Shown: piece by piece, positions 46,852 to 52,662 of the stretch
Position numbering within the stretch: the stretch's first letter is position 1
Layout of the letters: each line of letters begins with the position of its first letter
NCBI GenBank assembly: GCA_013115145.1
Contig: JAAPAO010000207.1
Location: 1 to 52,662 of the forward strand
Reading direction: 5' to 3'
Source of the DNA: Perkinsus chesapeaki ATCC PRA-425
Taxonomy: Eukaryota > Protista > Perkinsozoa
Length of the DNA: 52,662 bases
Notes under the pieces: generated by a model
Told to the model about the DNA's origin: nothing
The model's input: only the letters and a program-made list of their open reading frames with translations
The model's database searches: none
Program-made: the position numbers and the translations under genes

Positions 46852-47748
46852 CTAGTTCTTAGCTCGGTTGTCCAGTCTCTCCTGAATTGCTTTCCATGCC
46901 ACCGAGAAAAACATGCCTTGCAGCCCATTGGTGATTATCCTCGTTTTCAGCCCTCGTCCGAATAGACCGGACACGCCATCTTTGGCAATGATCATCTTGT
47001 ATGCATCGCGGTATGTTATCGGTTCGACGGAAGTTTGCTTGGTGGTTTTCAAAACTCTCAACGAGTTGGAGATGCAGTCTGACACGAACGACGAACAAAA
47101 TCCAACAAACGCATTGCGGACATATTTGCCTGCCGGCACACCGTCGAAGTGCGGGAGATTTTGGGACAGATAATTGTGTGTTACGAACCAAGGATAGTGG
47201 CCTACCCATGTGGCGCTCATCGCACCTAGGGAACCGTGCCAGAGTTTGGAGACACCGTGTTGCTTAACTTTATCAATAAGGACCTTCATGCCAGCCTGTC
47301 CCTCGACTTGCTTTGTAGTTTTCCATGCATCGATAGGCATCAGAGCTACTCTGAAGCAAGCAGCGCCAGATGAAGCCACAGCAGTTTTAACGCCCACGGG
47401 AAGATCTTTGGTAGCTAGGTTGCTGTCTAATAGGGCCAGCACGCCCACGTTCGCAGCGGTGTCACCGAATCTACTCAACGGGGCTTGCATGAGAGCCGGA
47501 ATTAGACCTCTGTAAAATCTAGGGATACCGCCTTCACCATAAAGCTTCTTGAAAACCTCGAGGAGGCCACCACCATAGCGGTATTGATAGTTCATCGTGG
47601 TTCTCATCCACATCAGAGCGAACACGTTGACAACTTGCGCGGAGGCCCCTGCGATCCCACCGCGAAAGGCGGCCCCGCTAGCCTTGGCGAGAACTTTCGC
47701 TGGTGTTAGAGGTGCACAATCGCCCTCAGGAGTTGTTGGAACTGTCAT
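46852..47748 (-). CDS. Mitochondrial carrier family (SLC25-like) protein, intronless
   Basis: 298 aa, three-repeat layout, PIDAWKT signature, GIPRFYRG and GLFGRG matrix-helix motifs. Confidence 0.88.
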   Translation of the reverse strand: MTVPTTPEGDCAPLTPAKVLAKASGAAFRGGIAGASAQVVNVFALMWMRTTMNYQYRYGGGLLEVFKKLYGEGGIPRFYRGLIPALMQAPLSRFGDTAANVGVLALLDSNLATKDLPVGVKTAVASSGAACFRVALMPIDAWKTTKQVEGQAGMKVLIDKVKQHGVSKLWHGSLGAMSATWVGHYPWFVTHNYLSQNLPHFDGVPAGKYVRNAFVGFCSSFVSDCISNSLRVLKTTKQTSVEPITYRDAYKMIIAKDGVSGLFGRGLKTRIITNGLQGMFFSVAWKAIQERLDNRAKN

Positions 47749-48269
47749 GTGAACCCACGATACGAGACGGATGAGAACTGGAAAAATACGGAGAAATGGA
47801 ACGACCGGGGATCGAACCGGCGACTTCGGAGACGAATCTGACCGCGGAGGTTAACACACACAAATCCGACAGCGGATAGTGACGGGCTTTCGAGCCTATT
47901 TACATGGACAGTTCTCTTACTCCGACTGCCATTCCACGTAAAGTAGGAATCCGCAATTACATTACGAAAGTTTCTGCACGCGTGCACACGTGCAGAACTC
48001 CCTGTACAGTTGCTCACGGAAGGTCACCTCGTTCTCGTGCTTATTCACACGGAGTAGATACCTCAATGAGGCTTCAGCAGGGTGTTTGAGATGCATGGTT
48101 CTGTGATGGAATTTTATTAACGGGCTCAGTTACGAGATAGATCCCTCGGTGAACTCACTCCACTGGGTGGTGAGCTTTGGTAGGCTATGCTTAATCCGTA
48201 GGAGCTATTGAGTTTCTCGCTGTGACTCAATAGCCTTACGTCGGCAACGGAGCTCAGATGCATGAAGCA

Positions 48270-48500
48270 TGTGCAACGTCTATTTCGACATAAACTACAG
48301 CGAATACTCTGTGCAACGTCTATTTCGACATAAACTACAGCGAATACTCTGTGCAACGTCTATTTCGACATAAACTACAGCGNNNNNNNNNNNNNNNNNN
48401 NNNNNNNNNNNNNNNNNNNNNNNNNNNNNNNNNNNNNNNNNNNNNNNNNNNNNNNNNNNNNNNNNNNNNNNNNNNNNNNNNNAATACTCTGTGCAACGTC
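48270..48500. repeat. 40-bp minisatellite spanning a 100-N assembly gap (48383-48482)
   Basis: Unit tgtgcaacgtctatttcgacataaactacagcgaatactc on both sides of the gap, with no spacers. Confidence 0.9.
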
Positions 48501-49213
48501 TCCTAGTCGACTGATAAGTAAAAAACCGAGTGTTTAAAACTCGTGTCCGATACCATCCAGGTGATCCGATGGACTGAGTCCGTGGAAATGGAAGCCGCAT
48601 GTGAGCGCCGCTCACTCCTGTTGATCACATTGTGTTGATGAAGTGGGCTCTGATTCGGTCAACTGCACTTCATACGTGATTGCTGAAACGGCACAGCCTA
48701 TTCGTCATGCAAAGAAGCGGCCACTCGTACTACAACTGGCCGCTTTTTTGTCACTATTCAGGTTCACCGTAATGGTGAGCGCACCTACAACTGTTTTAGA
48801 GACATTTGCTCCATTCAAACCAGTTAATCGGAGGCCTACTCAATGAAACCTCCAGATATGAGTACACATCATACCTTTAATACGTACATTTGTAAATTAC
48901 AATTTGTAATTGCTGTAGAGATAGTTAATCCATCACCTGGCGCTCTTCTAAGAAAAACCGGGAGGAGACCGAAACTAAAGCATACATATCAGACTGGTAT
49001 TACCAGTCTTGAATTCTCAAAGTGACCAACCAGTTTCTCATCTGGATGTTCCATTCCTTAATAATCACTGAGTGTTAAGTGCTGGACTCCCTTATTCTGG
49101 AGCTCCGTGTTGCTCGTCGCACCGCGAATGATCGCAGGAACGTGATATTTTACTGACAGTAGACTATTGTATAGTATACTATAAAAGGTATATTAATATA
49201 TACAGTACCCGGG

Positions 49214-50102
49214 TTAGATGGCGGTTGCTGTATCAACTTCGAACACCGTGGCCATGTCAAGCATAGCTATAGTGATCGTCATAGTAAAAATCAAACGTCC
49301 CGTAAAGTGCCCCGTGAACTCAGAGTTAAAGACATTGTCTTCAAGACAATGATCGCTCGGAAATACGAGTCTAGGCATGCGAGCATAAGTTGCATAATCC
49401 ATCTCAAAGCTTTCGATTTGAATGCGCAGCTGTCTTCGTACTCTTCCTGGTTCGAGGTTCGGAACCCTAAATAGACCGGATAGTCGAAATCTCCGATTCG
49501 GAGATACCGCAATGGCATCTGTAAGAGTCGTGCCTTGATTCGAAATGACCTCTGAATCTAACAGGCATACTAACAGCATGTATAGTATCCTATTCCCGTC
49601 TACACTAGCTGGTCGAGGTCGCATAGAAGTACCGGCAATACGGTATTATCATTAGCATTAATTTGATATTAACACGATCTCTGCAGGCAAGATGAGAGAG
49701 TGATGGTGACGCTGCTTCACCATGATGGTGACGCAGCGTCACCAGCGTTGTCGACGGTGATGGTCCGTTATCTTTAAAGTAGCTGTCAGATGTCCTGCAT
49801 GATGAATATATTGGAAGAGTGGTAGATGGAGAATCAGTATTTGCTGCAAACTGATAGTGTATGTTCGGTATGCTATGTAGTATTCGTCTTGATACTGAGA
49901 CACCTGGCGAAATACCGAAAGATGGGACACGGAGCTCTGGGACTGCATAGAAATACAAATCTTTGCCATCTCTAGTTCGGAGTCCAAGATAGTGAAACTG
50001 AGGCATATGATATAAATAAGCTTCGATATATTTGATGATATGAATATATCTTTGTTTCTCTACTATGATTCCTGGTGTATACCGAGTCGGTATCACCGAC
50101 AC
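49214..50102 (-). CDS. Hypothetical protein(s), structure unresolved
   Basis: Two adjacent open frames of 165 and 136 codons. No family recognised. Confidence 0.25.
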
Positions 50103-50369
50103 AGTGGGCTACCTCGCGGCTCCATGGGCCACGTTGTCTACCTTGTGGAGCCTTCTTAGGCGTCACCATGTCGTTTCTTGTCCGCAACGTTACGATGCCA
50201 ACGTAACGCGTTTCGCAAGATAATCATTCCGGGTCTAGGACAACAGAGACCTCCCTAGAAGTGGTTTGATAGGTGAACATTTGTTATGTTGTTTCTCTCA
50301 CTAACGATTAGTATTATCCCACTGATAACGGGTTCCCCTGGTAATCGGCTTCTGTGGTCTCCTAATAAA

Positions 50370-51318
50370 CAACCTGATCCTTTACTAAATGAATTACCTA
50401 TGTTAATGTAAGTAATAATATATGTAATACCAGTTTGTACGAAATTCTGCTTTAGGTCGCATGACTCTGGTAGCGGTTATTTGCGCGATAATTCATTCAC
50501 ATCAAGGTTAGGTAAAACACAAACAGGAAATGCTACACAGCAGCTCAACTGTGGTGTAAGAGCATTTGATCTTCGACCATATTGTTCCACTGATGGTAAC
50601 GTTTATATGCATCACGGTATCCTTGTTATAACGGATAAACTTGAAGACTTCCTTAACGAGGTTATCATATGGGCTAATGATCATCCTGATGAGTTAGTAG
50701 TAATATCGAATAGCCATTATGGTCCTAATAATACTTGTAAACAAGCTGTGTGGGACTTAATGGCTAATCTTAATCTTATGCAATCTATTGGTGGCCCAAG
50801 TGGTTCCTGTAGTAAGCTGGACGGCCTTAGACTGAGTGAAGCTAAGGAGATGGCAAAGTTGGGAGGAGGTAAGCTTCAATGTGTGTCTTGCATTCATAAT
50901 GATACGTGCAGGTGGTCATATTTTTGTAGTCGAAGGTGAAGGTACATGCGTTGAGGCAAACTGGGTACAATCCTTAACATGTTACCGTGATGATGGCGAT
51001 TGTCGTATTGGCTCTAAGAATAGCAAAGCTATCAATGAAGAATTGTTCAATTATGTTAACTCAACCTCATATCGCAAGCCGAGATCTGATAGACTTTTCA
51101 CTATTCAAGCACATTGGCAATACAATCAAAATGCCATTGTTAAGATGATCCTCGCTGGCTCAAGTGTTCTAGAAGATTCGCTACGTAGCGAAGTTAATAA
51201 GAATGTTTTAAGTCTTGTCCCGCAATTGAAAGATACTAATTTTTTTCAAGTTGATAATGCCTGTTACTACGGGGTGAATCTACAGAACGCTCTAGAAAAA
51301 AAGCGCGCGTCTGCTTAG
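50370..51318 (+). CDS. PI-PLC X-domain-like phosphodiesterase, multi-exon (5' end unresolved)
   Basis: LNELPMLM|SHDSG...QQLNCGVRAFDLRP...YMHHG...WANDHPDELVVI. Intron ~50870-50912 joins the two listed ORFs. Confidence 0.8.
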
Positions 51319-51981
51319 GTTCGTAACTGTATCGACGGTATATCTGATCATGTTTTACCTCTTCTGTAATCTGCATTGGTCAGGGCTTCTAGAGCTTCAT
51401 TTTTCTACAGTAGTGACCTTGAGTTTTTGTCAAAATTAGTTTCCAGTATCGGATGGCCCGTTGTAGTCGTTTGATAGCCATTATGAACCCGGTACGCTCA
51501 CCACGTAGAGTGACGGTACAGCTTGAAATTTAAGCCTTAAATGCATTTTTATTTCCGCGGCGGAAATTCAGTTTTCCCTTCGAAGACCAATTATTTGGAA
51601 TGTATTTGCCCCAACTTGGGCACCCCAAACAAGCCCAACTTTGAATACATGCTGTTCCCCAGCCTATGATGATAAGCAGCTTGGGTTCATAGTATGTACT
51701 AAATACTCGATGATGCTCTGCGAGGCCTTCACGCCGGGGGACCCGGCCCGTCGGCGTCGGTCGACGCAACGTGATAAACCCGGAGGCAAGCCGCAGTGCC
51801 GCTCAGCCGTTTCGCGGGCGCACGCGTGCCGCACGCCGGTACCGCGCAGTTTGGTCCGCGCGCGCCCGGGCTCTCCAGGGACACTGTCCCTTGTGTCCGA
51901 CCAGGCGTAAGCTGCGCAGCTCAGCTGGGCCGCCCCCGCTGTATAACCATTGTTCTTATCTTACGATTACTCGTATACCTC

Positions 51982-52662
51982 ATGCCATCCCAGCGTCGTG
52001 TTTCATCTAGTAGTGGGTCTGGAAAGGGAGGGGACCAACATGGTGCACCGTCCGGGAAGGAAGAGACCCAAACTCCCCTTCAGCCCACTTTCTCGGCCTT
52101 TCTGCGTGAAGCAGCGTTGTCTTCGACTCCACTAGAGCCTACTGGTGGTGGTCAAGAATGGTTAGATGTCAGTGAATTACAATCACTCTCTCCCATGAAA
52201 GTGGTAGAAAGTACTAGCGGTATAGCAGTGAATGCTGCCGCACTTGAACAATTATCGTTCACTTCCCGCGATGGGAAAGCTATTGGCTTCTCGTTGAAAG
52301 GGTTTAGCGAGAGCTGGGGTGTTTTTCCTCACCCTGACTCTTACTATGACCCGTTGCTTCTGCCACTCTCTGGTATTTACAATAAGAACAAATACTATGA
52401 CTATGAGAAACTAGACCGTGCTCTCTCTTTATCTTTGAGTAAGAACACCGGCGATACTTCTGTGCTAAAGGTCTATGCATATGCGGCCTTCTTACCCCGC
52501 CCAGTAGCATCATATCTTAAGCGTCAACTTCTAGCTAATATATCTGAAGATGGGAAGATTAAGAATACGTCAGATCTACTTGCGTGGAGATCAATACAGG
52601 CTTACCAATCTAAGCTTGACGATCCAGAAGTTGGAGGAAATATTAAGTCGGACTATATTCGT
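51982..52662 (+). CDS. Partial intronless ORF running off the window, possibly a retroelement gag/ORF1
   Basis: Open from ATG 51982 (MPSQRRVSSSSGSGKGG...) to the last base, 227 codons. Preceded by a very GC-rich leader (51720-51940). No diagnostic motif seen. Confidence 0.45.
   Translation, partial: MPSQRRVSSSSGSGKGGDQHGAPSGKEETQTPLQPTFSAFLREAALSSTPLEPTGGGQEWLDVSELQSLSPMKVVESTSGIAVNAAALEQLSFTSRDGKAIGFSLKGFSESWGVFPHPDSYYDPLLLPLSGIYNKNKYYDYEKLDRALSLSLSKNTGDTSVLKVYAYAAFLPRPVASYLKRQLLANISEDGKIKNTSDLLAWRSIQAYQSKLDDPEVGGNIKSDYIR

Noticed and set aside
48270-48500. 40-bp repeats as a CRISPR array
   Set aside because: The units are contiguous with no unique spacers, the context is eukaryotic and no cas genes are present. 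The Ns are an assembly gap.

Overview
Eukaryotic (protist) genomic DNA with short GT-AG introns. Gene content is consistent with an alveolate such as Perkinsus: intronless secreted subtilisin and pepsin-type proteases, Thr-rich mucins and LTR remnants. The lineage is inferred, not checked. From left to right: a small secreted ORF, a decayed LTR retrotransposon interrupted by a MITE-like insert, intron-rich minus-strand genes with an intact tRNA-Phe(GAA) among them, a PAS-histidine kinase-receiver-pseudo-cyclase gene (~11.6-17.9 kb), subtilisin, aspartic protease, a membrane protein, a chromodomain gene, an MgtE-like transporter, TRAPPC4, mitochondrial S16, two tandem mucin genes, a mitochondrial carrier, an assembly gap in a minisatellite, a PI-PLC-X-like gene and a partial ORF at the right end. 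The most striking unexplained pattern is in the hybrid kinase gene. Eight of its short introns (45-72 nt) consist almost entirely of non-identical tRNA 3'-half fragments in both orientations. The Pol III B-box/T-loop (GGTTCGAnYC) is kept while the T-stems have often decayed. More such fragments lie in neighbouring introns, and a second intron family carries an 18-20 bp palindrome. All exon models were built by hand and have no transcript support.
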